A stretch of 63,354 nt of DNA, counting the filler, from Stramenopiles sp. TOSAG23-3 (taxonomy: Eukaryota): the NCBI GenBank assembly GCA_900128585.1. It is 9 parts of 9 records of this genome, joined end to end, with 100 filler letters (N's around TTAATTAATTAA, not from the genome) between each part and the next. Parts side by side here need not be neighbours in the genome. Positions count along the whole stretch, not along the records: positions 22,497 to 33,627 come from LT642757.1; positions 33,728 to 44,855 come from LT642758.1; 7 more parts are not named here. One strand, 5' to 3'. Below are positions 22,397 to 33,841 of the stretch, piece by piece. Below the pieces are notes generated by a model. The model made no database searches. It was not told the origin of the DNA and was given only the letters and a program-made list of their open reading frames with translations. The position numbers were made by a program, and so were the translations under genes. Positions within the stretch are counted from its first letter, which is position 1. Each line of letters opens with the position of its first letter.

Positions 22397-22496
22397 NNNN
22401 NNNNNNNNNNNNNNNNNNNNNNNNNNNNNNNNNNNNNNNNTTAATTAATTAANNNNNNNNNNNNNNNNNNNNNNNNNNNNNNNNNNNNNNNNNNNN
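22397..22496. other. Artificial contig linker
   Basis: 44N-TTAATTAATTAA-44N. Confidence 0.99.
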
Positions 22497-23019
22497 AAAT
22501 TCGAGTGGGATTTTTTTTCGCGCCAAGGACACTGAACACTTTGTAAAACAGGCGTCTATCATCGCATTTTACTTATAGAAAAACAAGGACAGTCGTCTTT
22601 TTTATTTTTTAGAAGAACGAAGTTTTTCGGGCACAGCAGGCAGGGGGCAGGGGCGAAGAGAAGAGCGAAGATGATCAACAAAACGAAGAAAAGAAGAATA
22701 ATAAGCAATAAATCCTAATAAAAAACAACGAACAACAACACAAAAAAACTTTCACACACTAATTTATACTAGTCTAGTATTGAATGTTATTATAAATAAT
22801 AACAGGATCAGAGTAAATAAATAAATAAGAGAACATCCATTAGGAATAGCAAAGAAGGAATTTGGAATTTAATAAACTGCCGCCCAGTAAAAGTGGTACG
22901 ACTAATTAGAGGAATAGACATCCTTGTCGTTGTTTCTTCTTTTAATTTTTTTTTTAGTATTAGACGATAAAGATAGACAAATTATTTTTATATATCGATT
23001 TGGTATCACCACTTCGTGC

Positions 23020-24012
23020 TTACCTCGATTTTTTCGTTTCCGCCACGCTCTTGTACTCCGCAATCCCCTTCAGGTCGTCCGAGATCGTTGCCCCGACCAG
23101 CTTTGCCTGGGCGATCGATTCGGCATACCGCTCCTTGGCCAGCATGCCGGATATCTTGGACGGATCGTAGTTGGTTCCCATAATATGATCCCACGTCGGC
23201 GAGCTTCCATAGTTCCAGTTGAATTTGCTGTGGTGAATGTAATGGTTCCACGTATCCTCAAGGGCCCAGCTACCATGCCCGGAGTGCCCTTCCAGTGGAA
23301 ACACAAGAAGGCCTTTGAAGGTAAACCGTACCATCCATAACGGTGCAAACATACACATGAGGGGGGCAGATGAAAAGTACACGGCCGACTCGAACCAGTG
23401 CATGGACAACCCACTCCAGGGGTCTGGGTTGAACGATTCGTGGTGTATTTTATGAACATTCTTGTACAACCATTTTGTATGGAGCCATCGGTGGGTCCAG
23501 TAAAAGTGGGCGTCGCCCCACAGGTATGCAAACACACCGGCGCACAGCAAACACTTAAAGTCGATCACCCCGCCTTCCCCAAGTTCGAGGTAACTCCACC
23601 GCCACCGGTCCGATACGAGGTGGTTCGAGTACACGTGGTTGACGCCCACCTCCAGGGCGGATGCTATCATGACCCCTCGTGCGGAGCGGAAAAACTCCTT
23701 CACAATAAGTTCGTACTTTGGGTACATTTTGTTCAGTTTGAACGGGCGGAACAGCTTTCGTTGCGGTTCTACGTACATGGCAAGGTGGGCAAGCGAGTAG
23801 AGGACGAACCAAAGAGTGTAGTTCTCCAGAAGAATAGACCTCCACGAGCACGGCTTGTCGTAAATGAGGGTTTCATACAGCTGCAGCTTCACCGGGAGGG
23901 AGTCTGTCCCATTACCAGCGTACGGAATGTTCAAAGGGATGCCACCGCTCTCCCTGTACAACGTACCAACGTAACCGACCACTGCGATTATTCCAAACAT
24001 ACCCAGGCCCAT
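23020..24012 (-). CDS. Fatty acid hydroxylase/sterol desaturase superfamily enzyme (ERG3-like)
   Basis: His boxes HFYWTHRWLH, HKIHH, HYIHH followed by FNWNYG...WDHIMGT; several hydrophobic segments. First ATG at 24012. Confidence 0.9.
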   Translation of the reverse strand: MGLGMFGIIAVVGYVGTLYRESGGIPLNIPYAGNGTDSLPVKLQLYETLIYDKPCSWRSILLENYTLWFVLYSLAHLAMYVEPQRKLFRPFKLNKMYPKYELIVKEFFRSARGVMIASALEVGVNHVYSNHLVSDRWRWSYLELGEGGVIDFKCLLCAGVFAYLWGDAHFYWTHRWLHTKWLYKNVHKIHHESFNPDPWSGLSMHWFESAVYFSSAPLMCMFAPLWMVRFTFKGLLVFPLEGHSGHGSWALEDTWNHYIHHSKFNWNYGSSPTWDHIMGTNYDPSKISGMLAKERYAESIAQAKLVGATISDDLKGIAEYKSVAETKKSR

Positions 24013-24776
24013 GGTTGTCAGCTTGCAAGTGGTAGAAGTCAGCAACAAGGCGATCCAACCCTGTAATATTTATTTGAATGAAAAGGACGAAAACGAGCTT
24101 CCAGTTGTAAACAGACGATGTACAATGCAAGCGTGAAAAAAATTAAATGCGTGTATAACCATAGATGGATTTGTCAATTGTACAATATCTTGAACAAAAA
24201 ATACAAAATTAAAATGTAATTCCTCCAAGTTCCAAGTTCAAGTAGTTCATCTCATATAATAATAATAATAAAAAAAAAAAAACACAATCATCTCATTCTT
24301 CTTCTTCATCACCAATAATAATAAAATCAAGAAAAAATCCGAAAAATAATATTAGTATTAAATATGGTAATAATTAATAATAATCCCCTTACTATTTCTA
24401 TACATCCCGTGAAAAATATTTATTGTTTGTTGTTTGTTGTTTGTTTTAGATCTATTTTTTTTTAGAAGAATAGATAAAAAAAAAATGGATTGTTGTGTTG
24501 TTGAAAAAGAAGAAGAATATTACTACACCACAACGACGTCTTCTAGGAACTAGACTATATATCTCATCAAAATCATTTTTTGAATGATGATATTTATTAT
24601 GAGGAAAAAGGGATGTTACAAAAAAAGAATAATTAATAAATGGTAGCATTAGGTCATTGCAATTCACACAGGGAACAAAAGAAAGGAATAGATTTACAGG
24701 ATTCTTATATCAAAACGAGAGAAGCAGGTTGAAACCGTGAGGTTCTTGTTGGAAAGAGTTTGGGACATACACAGCA

Positions 24777-26114
24777 ATGGATGCGTTGATAACCAAACTG
24801 ATGCAGGCCGAAGGGTCTGGGGAGTTCGCTGCAGTATTGCAGGAGTCGAAGGACGAAGTATTGAAAATAGCCTGCGTGGATTTTCAGCCGGACAGTGTAT
24901 TTGAAATGTTAGGGTATGCCAACCACCCTTGGAGCTGCGCGGTGTTGTTAGCGTTCGGTTGCAACGGCATAGTATGCGATTCGAACACCCCCGCCGATCC
25001 GTCCGTTAAAGTAATGTCCCCAGAGTCGCTGTTTGGGCACGCCGGAGGTTTTCTGTGCGAAGCCGGCGAAGAGAAGCTCCTTTCGGCACCCAAGCTCGTC
25101 GCGCGCATATGTAGGGGCCTGACCGACGCGGCAATTCAGTGTGGCAAGCCCATGGAAGCCTTAAAGCCGTTGAGGCGCGTGTTTGACGTGTTTGCCAAGC
25201 ATTTTCCTGGGTGCCTGCTTCCCACGCACACCGCAATAACGAAAGTATGCCTGCGCGCCTTGGCGTTCGACGCGGTGCTCCCAGTATTGGACATTTTTGT
25301 GTATGACGTAGAGCCGAAAAAGACAGGACTGACAACGGAGGACATGCTGCTTTACTTTTACTACGGCGGTATGGTGTACGGTGGCGCAGGGAGGTACAGG
25401 AAATCTGCGGAATTTTTTATGCTCTGCGCCACAACCCCGTCCGATGAAATAAGTGCGATCGCACTAGAGGCCATGAAGAAATACCAGTTGGTGTCACTCC
25501 TCGACAAAGGCGTGGTGAAAGAGGGGCCCAGCTCCAAGCGCAAGCTTGGAAAACTGGCGTCACTCGCGAAACCGTACGTCGCCTTCTCCACCGCGTACCA
25601 AAAGTGCGAAACCACGACGATGGCTGAGCTGGCCACGGCGCACGAAGCGGTGTACCGCGCCGACGGAAATTATGATTTGGTGACTTTGTGCCTCGGCAAG
25701 TTTCCTCGGCAGCAGATTCAAAAGCTAACCAACACTTACCTGACCCTGTCGTTGGACGATATTTCAAAAATCCCTGAGCTCAACTTGACAGACGAGAAGG
25801 CCGCGGAGGTGGTCGTGAAGGACATGATCGAAAAGAAGGAAATCTTCGCCTCGATCGATGCACAAAGTGGGATGGTCACATTTTTGGAGGACGACCAGGC
25901 AGAGGAAAGGCAAGACGAGAAACTTAAAGGTATTATGAAGAAATCGAAAGAATTGTCAGAAAACATCGCAAGGCTGAACAGGGAGGTCTCCCTGTCCACG
26001 CAGTACATGGTAACCATACCGTCCCAAAAGAAAAGCGGTGGGGCAGAAACCTCAACTAACCCCATTGATCGCGACGGTGCCAATTCCATGAGAGACAACG
26101 AGGCGAAAACTTGA
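24777..26114 (+). CDS. CSN3: COP9 signalosome subunit 3 (PCI domain)
   Basis: LLYFYYGGMVY, ISAIALEAMKKYQLVSLL, IQKLTNTYLTLSLDDI, IFASIDAQSGMVTF. Confidence 0.9.
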   Translation: MDALITKLMQAEGSGEFAAVLQESKDEVLKIACVDFQPDSVFEMLGYANHPWSCAVLLAFGCNGIVCDSNTPADPSVKVMSPESLFGHAGGFLCEAGEEKLLSAPKLVARICRGLTDAAIQCGKPMEALKPLRRVFDVFAKHFPGCLLPTHTAITKVCLRALAFDAVLPVLDIFVYDVEPKKTGLTTEDMLLYFYYGGMVYGGAGRYRKSAEFFMLCATTPSDEISAIALEAMKKYQLVSLLDKGVVKEGPSSKRKLGKLASLAKPYVAFSTAYQKCETTTMAELATAHEAVYRADGNYDLVTLCLGKFPRQQIQKLTNTYLTLSLDDISKIPELNLTDEKAAEVVVKDMIEKKEIFASIDAQSGMVTFLEDDQAEERQDEKLKGIMKKSKELSENIARLNREVSLSTQYMVTIPSQKKSGGAETSTNPIDRDGANSMRDNEAKT

Positions 26115-26175
26115 GAGGGTTGGCGACGGAAACATTTACTGGCGTACGAGGTACTCTCGTATATTGTGAATTACT

Positions 26176-26338
26176 TAAAAACAAGAAAAATTGGCTGTTA
26201 TTTTATAGTAATTAAAATTAAAGAAAAAAGAAGGTGTCAGTTCAAGAATAATATCTCCTCTTATTGCAGATCCTCCCCAAGTTCTGGTCAAGATTCCAAT
26301 TGATTGGTCTTAAAAGTACACAGCGGCATAAATGTTTA
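26176..26338 (+). repeat. Dispersed repeat, most complete copy (module A 26176-26254 + module B 26276-26338)
   Basis: Module A matches the reverse complement of 56182-56260 at 78/79 nt; module B core CCCAAGTTCTGGTCAAGATTCCA recurs at 61416-61438 and, reversed, at 63326-63348. Confidence 0.9.
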
Positions 26339-26501
26339 AAGATAAACTGAATCAATTAAGCTTTTAGGTTTTTTAAAAATTAATAGTTTATAGCTGGTAT
26401 ACACCGTGCATCTTTTCCTCCAGCAATGTCCAAATTACAGGACTTCTGAGAGCAAACCGGTAGTATGAAGTTGCTGACCATGACATCAAGCTGACATCGG
26501 T

Positions 26502-28317
26502 TTACCTCTTATCATATCTATTTTGTGTAAGACGTTTAAACGCCGACATTTTGGCAAATGTTTCCTCCTTTTTTACACTTTTCACAACGTGGCGTCCTTT
26601 CTTTTCCTTGTTTGCTGGAAACAAAGGTGGGACCATGGTTTCCCAACCAAACTGAAAGCGATCCACTTGACCCTCGTGCACCATAGAGCGATCAAAACTA
26701 CTTTTGCTCCATTCAAACGGGGCTTGCGCATCGTGGGTTGGCCCCGCTTGGGCTTTGGCATGTAATGCGCGCGCAAGGCCAGACGTTGTCACTTTAGCAT
26801 CAATAGCACCACCTGCCATAAGCTTCCAGAGCGCAACAGGGGTAGTGCCCGGCATTGTTGAACTTCCTGGATTCAGATCATCCCTGGAGGCAATGCCGCA
26901 TGCACCCACGGGCTTGCCATCAACGGCACAAAGCGCACAAAGACTGTCGTGCTGGTAATCATTGTAGCGAAGAAATTTCTCAAACTGATCCAGGGATTGG
27001 ATGCCAGCAGCATCCCGACGAAAGATGGCGGCCCCACAGTACCGCTGGTAGTCCCAAAATTCGCCATACTTGGAAACGGCTGCCGGGTATCCTAGCGCAA
27101 TGGACACTTCAGGAAAGAATGGCCGGTTGTAACTGGGCCAATAGCCTTGTAGGAGGTACGGGGTCGCATCCGTTGACACCATCTTTGTCGGCAGCTGCTC
27201 AATTACTGTGAGCGTGTTACTGTCGAGCCGCCGTTCCTTCCCGTGAAATTTGTTCAGGTCCACAACCATGAATTGGTTCGTGTAACTTCCTGAGTTTTCT
27301 TTCCCAATGATTGTTCTATAGTCTGGCCCACTACTTGCCATACGGTTGGCCACTACGAATCGTATCCAGCCAGGGACGGTTTGGGGCGACAAACCCGCCA
27401 GGACGTTGTTGTCGAGGACAGGGAGTGTTGTGGAAATTACAACAAGGCCTGAGCTCATCATGCAGAAGTCCTGCTGACTCATTAAACTCCCTGGGTACGT
27501 TGACATGGACATTGACACAGATTTTGTGCCTTTCCCCAATGGCATATTGTACCACTTGAACACTGGAAGCATCATCGCATAACTCTCCCACGTAGTATGC
27601 CCAAGGAACAGTTCGCTCATGTCCGCTGCTAGCTTCACCAGCGCGCGGCAGTGACCTTGCTTTCTCCGCTGCACATCGACCTTTTTCCCAGTACCATTCG
27701 GAAAAAGATGCCCTTCTATTTCGAACAAATCATAGTCCCAGTTCATCATCATTATAGCGCATTATAGCGCGAGAAATGTTTCCATTAAAATATTTTTTCT
27801 GTCCCCCTGCCACCCGCACACCTTCTGACAGTCCATCCATCATTGCAAGGGTTGCGCCCACGTGGGCCCAGTACTCATCCGCCCCACCATGCTTCTCCAC
27901 TTGAGCCCTAACCCACAACAACTGTCGCTGGACATAACGCTCAGTGGCATCATGGTACTCCCTTGTTTGGTTCCCAAATGTCGCATGCGACCAAGACTGA
28001 TACCGTTGCTTGATGCGCAGTGACGTCAAGTAGCCTTCAAGAAGCCCCGCAGCCCACGCCTGGTCGTCCATGCTGTTCGTCCGAGTCGTATTGATGACTA
28101 ATTTCCCCCATCCGGTACTTCCTTGTTGAATTCCATCTTCAAAGCAACCTTTCGCGACGACTTGTGCTTGGACTCGTTCCCAAGGAATTACTTCCATGGT
28201 TCCCGCGGCCGAAAGGATGACTTTGTTGCATGTGCGTTGAACGCTAAACGCAATTGGTGCAACGCACACCAAAGAAAACGAAGCGAGCAGAAGCTCACTG
28301 AAAACGTTACGCCGCAT
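26502..28317 (-). pseudogene. Phospholipase B-like (PLBD, Ntn-hydrolase) gene split by a frameshift
   Basis: ORF 28317-27730 gives signal peptide, GWGKL and AAGLLEGYLT; ORF 27752-26502 gives GHC.ALVK, GHTTW, YWPSYNRPF, LRYNDY, GAIDAKVT, GPTHD. A 10-bp tandem duplication at 27751-27770 shifts the frame. Could be an assembly error rather than a true pseudogene. Confidence 0.8.
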
Positions 28318-28743
28318 CGTGAACGTGTCTTGTTCCGCACGTGGGACTTGTCTGGACCAAAGTGCTGATCGAATCCTGTATAAGAACTATTCGATTCGTA
28401 ACTAATAATATCCGACAAGCTCAAAGGGTTTTCGAATATAAGAATTAGTTAATATTTTAATTTCTTAATCGAATAATTCTTACAGACATCTTTAAAAACT
28501 ATTCGATTCTTAGATTTTATTATAAAAGTAAGTATCCAAATACCAAATGAATTGCATTTTCTTCTTCTTTCTTCTTGTCGTCTGTCGTCCACGACACATC
28601 GGCGGGGACTTTATTCTTTTCTTCTTCGCCTCCTCTCTTCCTTCTTTTTTGTGTTGTTATTTTTTCAAATAATCGTATAGTAGTAGTAATAAGACATTCT
28701 TCACAGTGTTATTAATACACACTACAGAGGCCACTCTCTACAT

Positions 28744-31700
28744 TTAAATGTCTGCCGACTGCAATCTAATCAACTTTGAAGTTGTTTCTCGATTTCCCTT
28801 TTGGAGTCTTGCAATTGTCCCATTTTGTAAATTACTTTCCCCACCCGTCCCCAAGCTATCCGGAAGCGATTTACCACGCACCAAAGGATACGGTTTCGCC
28901 CAGTTTGTTGGAGGTTGCTGACTGCGCCTGGCCGGGGAAGAGAGCTTCGTCAAAGAAGAGTCCACCCCAATCTTGGTCAGAAACGGTCTACGAGGGGACG
29001 CCATTGGAGCCTTTTCAAAAGTTCGGTTGTGATTGAGTATTTGGTCGCAAATTCCCACTAAGGGCCCGACCAAATCTAAAGGAATGGCAGAGGAGTACTG
29101 AAGGTTCTTGACAGCATTGATGGCCTCGATGGCAGGTTTACCAAAGGCCAGCGGGGCCAGGCTTCTTTCTGTGTGCTCAGAGAGATCACCACTGGAGTCT
29201 GAGCGTTCGCTTCTGTGTTCCATGTCATGATCTCCTTCCAAGCGCTGGGCATCCCGAAATGATTTGAACTTGCCGTTCTTTATCTTCAGCAGGTCATCCC
29301 AGGTCCCTCTCTCAGCGACACGCCCACTCTTATCAACAAACACAATATAATCAGCATCCTTGATTGTAGACAAGCGGTGCGCAATGACAAGCACTGTTTG
29401 ACCTGTAGGTCGATTGTCTACTATATTGGTTATGACCTTTCTTTCATTTATTGCATCCAAGCCCTCAGTTGGCTCGTCTAGCAACAATATGCTTGGTGCA
29501 CCAATCAGAGACCGTGCAGTACCAACCGATCGTTTTTCTCCCCCAGAAAGACTGTAGCAATAAGTTGACAGCCCTTGGGGAAACTTGTCACGCTGTTGAA
29601 AATGGTGGTGTATATTAGCCTTCTTCAGAACGGACTCAACAAAGCGGTCCGCTTCAATAGGACCAAAGTCTTCCACAATGGACTCGGAACCGTACAAAAT
29701 GTTTTCTCGCAAGGTGCGATGTCGAAAGACCAGCGGGTTCTGTTTGCTCAGGCCAATTTGACTACGGAGCCAGACAGGGTTGTAATACTTTATGGGTTTT
29801 CCGCCGACGAGAATCTCCCCTTTCTGAATATCGTACAGCCGCATGATAAGTTTGAACATTGTGCTTTTCCCCGCTCCTCTTTCTCCACATATACCAACGA
29901 ACGAGCCAGCTTCAATCTTAAAGGAAGCGTCTTTTAGCATGTACTTTTGCATCCCTTTATACTTGAAATGGACATTCTTAAATTCAATTTCGCTGCCTAG
30001 CAGCGACGTCGACGTCTGGGAAGCATTTTGCCGTCCGTCCTGCTCCGACGCAAGCTTTGCTAGCTCTCTCTGCTTCTTTCGAACTTTTTCCACCTCCTCC
30101 TGTGACGGTTTCCACCCCCCATCAATCCCAATCTTTGGTTTTTTGATCAGCAAGTCCATTATATCAAACCCAGTTTTAAAGCGCTCGTCTGTCATTTTGT
30201 ACAGACAAACCGTGGTTCTTTTCAATTGGTTAAATTTGGAAAGCAGCTGCGCAGCCCCATACGTAAATGTTCCGAAATCTGCGCTCGAAACTTGGTTCTG
30301 CTGCACAAGCCGCCCGCCCACATACGCGGCAATGATAGTTGGAATAATGGACGCCAAAGAGTTCAGTGGTTGAAAAAACGACCGAAAGAAATCATTGCAC
30401 GCTTTCTCCATTTCTTCTTTGTCCTGCGCTTTGCGCACGCTCTGTTCTATCTCGATTTCCTTGGCGTTGATCCTCATATCTTCAAACTTTCTCAACGCCT
30501 CGCTTAAATCATGGTTTTTATTCCAACCGTCCCATTCCAGCTTGTCAAAACCCGCAAGTTTTGTACACTTGGTTTCAATTCGATACAGCCATTTGGTCAC
30601 TCGTTTCTCAGCAAATATTGACAAGATAACTACTACCAGGAGACGCGGACTTTGCTTCCACAGAATCAGCCCAGACGAAACAAACCCGGCAATTTGTGAA
30701 AAAAGCGATTGCGGAATCAGCAACATCCGTCCCACGGTATAGTCCCAGTTTCGTTTCACGTTCTCTAATATCCCAACTGGGTCCCTGTGCCTAGAAGGAA
30801 GATTTTTGTCAGACCTTTCGCAATCTTCTAAATCTTGGCTCAGGACGTGGTGCGTGAGCTTTTTTTCCAACGCTTTCTTTATGCTGCCTTGTCCGGCATT
30901 GCCAACTTTTTCAAGCAAATCGCCAAGGAACACCGTGGAGAAATTAAGAGTGATGATTCCGACAATGACGTCCGTCAAACCAAATAATTTCGCATTCACC
31001 GAATCTTTGCCGCCCGTCAGCACCGTCGAAGACGCGAGCGTTACCGACTGCAGGAGCAGATTTGCTTGGTAGTAGCCCAGGGCAGTGCTGGCAGATTCCT
31101 TGATAGCGCCAATGGCCCACGACAAGAGGATCAGGGTTCGCTGCTTCCATTCACCGCAAAGTTCATTGCTAACGAAAGAAACCAATTTAATAAAACGCCT
31201 TTTCTTGGCGTTTTCAAGGATGTGCTCGCTCGCAAGCGTGAAAATACGCAATTCGGCAAGTTGCTCCGTCATCCGCGCATAGGTTTCCTTTTTTCTAAAA
31301 TTTTCTGGGTCTGCGTACAACTCTTCCCCTTCTTTTCTCATTTCGTTGTGGTCTGGGTTGGACCATAACGTTTTGTGGGCAGGTGGGACGTCTACAGAAA
31401 GTTGCCGCCACAATTGTTCCGGCAATTCAGAGTACGTGGCCGTGCAACCCTCAACTTTTTCCCGCAGCACTTTCTCTAAATCCTTCGGTGATACAGACCA
31501 GTAGCATTCATGGAGAGCGTAGATCTCTTCCAATTCCACCCAGTCTTGGTCCTGGTCTTGGTAATACTCGCTCTCTTCCATTTCTATGTTCAACAACTCT
31601 TCCAGCTTTTGCCGGTCCCGGTTCATTGCATCCAGAAGCACCTCCCCGGGGATGGCATCGGGGCCGGCCGATTCCTGGTGACTTTCTTGCCGACGCTTCG

Positions 31701-32442
31701 ACTTGCTAAATTTGAAGAACGCATTTTTCAGCCTTTGACAAAAAACAGCCTGTTCTACCAGCCTGGTCAAACAAAGGGTCCCGCCCGCGTATCGCCTAAT
31801 TTCTCTCTCCTCGGACGCATTCAAAGCTTTACTATTGCATGCTTTTCGGAGGGGTGTTATTATGGTCTCCGACAAAGTTTGCAACCATTGCTCTAAAAAA
31901 CTATCTTCCGCCTCGCCTTCTCCATCTTCCTTCTCTGGATCACCTGCCTGGGTTTCATGCGACATGTCCTCCTCCAACTGGTCGAGCTCGCGCAGCAACT
32001 CTTTCTCCTCGTCCGTTGGGTCGTCTGCTATTAGCGGAGTAGTAGGACCTATCTTCTCCACCAAGTCTGTAGAAAACTGTTCAGCCTCCTTCAAAAAACT
32101 GTGAAAGAAAGCCTCCGACATTGGAGCTCCTTCACAGTAAGGCAACACACAGTTGTCCCAGACTTTTCGCAATTCAATCACCGTTTTCTGTATGCTCAGC
32201 GAAAGCACCACTCGAGGATCGTCTTTCTTTTGCTTTTCCTTCTCTTCCTTTTCAGTGTCACTAATACCTCTTTTATTATTTTTTGCTCGCGAAAACCGAA
32301 ACATGTCCCACACAACTTTCGGAACAGACAGAAAGAGGATGATTGCCAGCGCATTTCGCCGCAGTGATCTAGGATCTGGCGAACGAAACACGGAGAGAAT
32401 CGAGGAAGATACGGTACCCAGACGTTTCAAAAAAGTCGTCAT
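28744..32442 (-). CDS. ABC half-transporter (ABCB-like TMD-NBD) with long N-terminal extension
   Basis: Walker A GERGAGKS, signature LSGGEK, Walker B ILLLDEPT, H-loop IAHRLSTI, preceded by hydrophobic helices. First ATG at 32442. Confidence 0.92.
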   Translation of the reverse strand: MTTFLKRLGTVSSSILSVFRSPDPRSLRRNALAIILFLSVPKVVWDMFRFSRAKNNKRGISDTEKEEKEKQKKDDPRVVLSLSIQKTVIELRKVWDNCVLPYCEGAPMSEAFFHSFLKEAEQFSTDLVEKIGPTTPLIADDPTDEEKELLRELDQLEEDMSHETQAGDPEKEDGEGEAEDSFLEQWLQTLSETIITPLRKACNSKALNASEEREIRRYAGGTLCLTRLVEQAVFCQRLKNAFFKFSKSKRRQESHQESAGPDAIPGEVLLDAMNRDRQKLEELLNIEMEESEYYQDQDQDWVELEEIYALHECYWSVSPKDLEKVLREKVEGCTATYSELPEQLWRQLSVDVPPAHKTLWSNPDHNEMRKEGEELYADPENFRKKETYARMTEQLAELRIFTLASEHILENAKKRRFIKLVSFVSNELCGEWKQRTLILLSWAIGAIKESASTALGYYQANLLLQSVTLASSTVLTGGKDSVNAKLFGLTDVIVGIITLNFSTVFLGDLLEKVGNAGQGSIKKALEKKLTHHVLSQDLEDCERSDKNLPSRHRDPVGILENVKRNWDYTVGRMLLIPQSLFSQIAGFVSSGLILWKQSPRLLVVVILSIFAEKRVTKWLYRIETKCTKLAGFDKLEWDGWNKNHDLSEALRKFEDMRINAKEIEIEQSVRKAQDKEEMEKACNDFFRSFFQPLNSLASIIPTIIAAYVGGRLVQQNQVSSADFGTFTYGAAQLLSKFNQLKRTTVCLYKMTDERFKTGFDIMDLLIKKPKIGIDGGWKPSQEEVEKVRKKQRELAKLASEQDGRQNASQTSTSLLGSEIEFKNVHFKYKGMQKYMLKDASFKIEAGSFVGICGERGAGKSTMFKLIMRLYDIQKGEILVGGKPIKYYNPVWLRSQIGLSKQNPLVFRHRTLRENILYGSESIVEDFGPIEADRFVESVLKKANIHHHFQQRDKFPQGLSTYCYSLSGGEKRSVGTARSLIGAPSILLLDEPTEGLDAINERKVITNIVDNRPTGQTVLVIAHRLSTIKDADYIVFVDKSGRVAERGTWDDLLKIKNGKFKSFRDAQRLEGDHDMEHRSERSDSSGDLSEHTERSLAPLAFGKPAIEAINAVKNLQYSSAIPLDLVGPLVGICDQILNHNRTFEKAPMASPRRPFLTKIGVDSSLTKLSSPARRSQQPPTNWAKPYPLVRGKSLPDSLGTGGESNLQNGTIARLQKGNRETTSKLIRLQSADI

Positions 32443-33325
32443 ACGGAACAAATCACCCACTGCCCGCAGGTTGAACGGGTCTTCTCTCTCGTTCCTGGTG
32501 TGAATTTGAACACAAAAGTCTAGGGATTAAAATGTAAAATCAAACGGTTGATTTGGCTGTGTTCCTCGTCCACCCCATCTTTGTACAAAAAAAAAGAAAT
32601 GAAGTGACGAAATTACATCTCCATCCATTTTTTTATACACAAAGAGTTTCAACAGTTTCAAATTAGTTAATTTATTATTTTTAATTCGAATTAATTTAAT
32701 AATAAATAATAATAATAAAAAAAAAAATAATAATGTGAGAAAAAAGAGAGAAGAAGAAAAAAAAAAGAAGAAGACACACAACAAGAAAGAATATTTAAAA
32801 TATTGATTTTTTCCCTTATTATTTTTATATTATTATTATTACCGCTCTTCAAGCTAATATAAAAATAATATGGAAATAAGATGACTAAAGGTACGAGGAC
32901 GAAGGATGTTCAATTCAAGAAATCAATGTATAATACGTAATAACATTAGAACGAATATTAACTCATACACACTCGACAACTATTATTCCTCGTATTATAA
33001 ATATATGAGGAGACTAGAGCTAAAGCAACAGAACGAACAAAACAGAAAGCAAAACAACGAGAGAGATGAATGGGGAGAGAGAGAGAGGGAGAAGAAGAAA
33101 AATAATTAAATTTTATTATTATTTAGACTAAACAAAAAGATGAATAATAATAAATATTAATAAAGAAGTTTACAAAACAGTCATTAGAACGACTATAGAT
33201 CGACCGTATGAATGAATTGATGAAAAAGATTGAATTAAGAACAGAGGGTGTTCTTTCCTTGGAGTTATCCCGAGAAGTATTTGAGGTTTCATTCGAGCTT
33301 GAAACCTTTTGGACGTCGTACTGTT

Positions 33326-33345
33326 TGTGTGTGTGTGTGTGTGTG
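33326..33345. repeat. (GT)n microsatellite immediately upstream of ATG 33349
   Basis: Direct reading. Confidence 0.9.
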
Positions 33346-33348
33346 ACT

Positions 33349-33627
33349 ATGGCGATGCCGAAGAAAGCGGTGAATGGGAATTTGTCGCTCGTATCGCTTG
33401 TATCGAAATCAACCGGTGGGACTATTCCAATTCCAAAAAGAAAGAAAAGATCAATAAGCCTTCAGCTTGGACCTAAGATTCCATTAATTGATGGACTGGA
33501 GCCGTCATTTACAAAAAAGGGGATCAACAATGCCACGTTATCCATGGGAGATGTGGACCCAAACCTTCAGCCCGAGCTCATGATTCACCGAAATCAAAAT
33601 TACGATGTAAATTCACGATTGTTCGCA
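33349..33627 (+). CDS. Partial CDS (5' part, truncated by contig end), unknown product
   Basis: MAMPKKAVNG... frame stays open to the linker, downstream of an AT-rich spacer. Confidence 0.6.
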
Positions 33628-33727
33628 NNNNNNNNNNNNNNNNNNNNNNNNNNNNNNNNNNNNNNNNNNNNTTAATTAATTAANNNNNNNNNNNNNNNNN
33701 NNNNNNNNNNNNNNNNNNNNNNNNNNN
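33628..33727. other. Artificial contig linker
   Basis: 44N-TTAATTAATTAA-44N. Confidence 0.99.
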
Positions 33728-33841
33728 AAGTGCGACAAGACAAACAGCAAGACTAACAAAAACTTGCTCAGTACGACGAAAGTGCATTAACCGACGACAA
33801 CGGTCTCCCGACGGGAGAAGAAGGGTCGGCCTGATCCGCAT
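33728..33841 (-). CDS. Possible partial CDS (N-terminus with leader peptide, truncated by contig start)
   Basis: ATG 33841 gives MRIRPTLLLPSGDRCRRLMHFRRTEQVFVSLAVCLVAL, open to the linker; not in the ORF track (38 codons). Confidence 0.4.
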
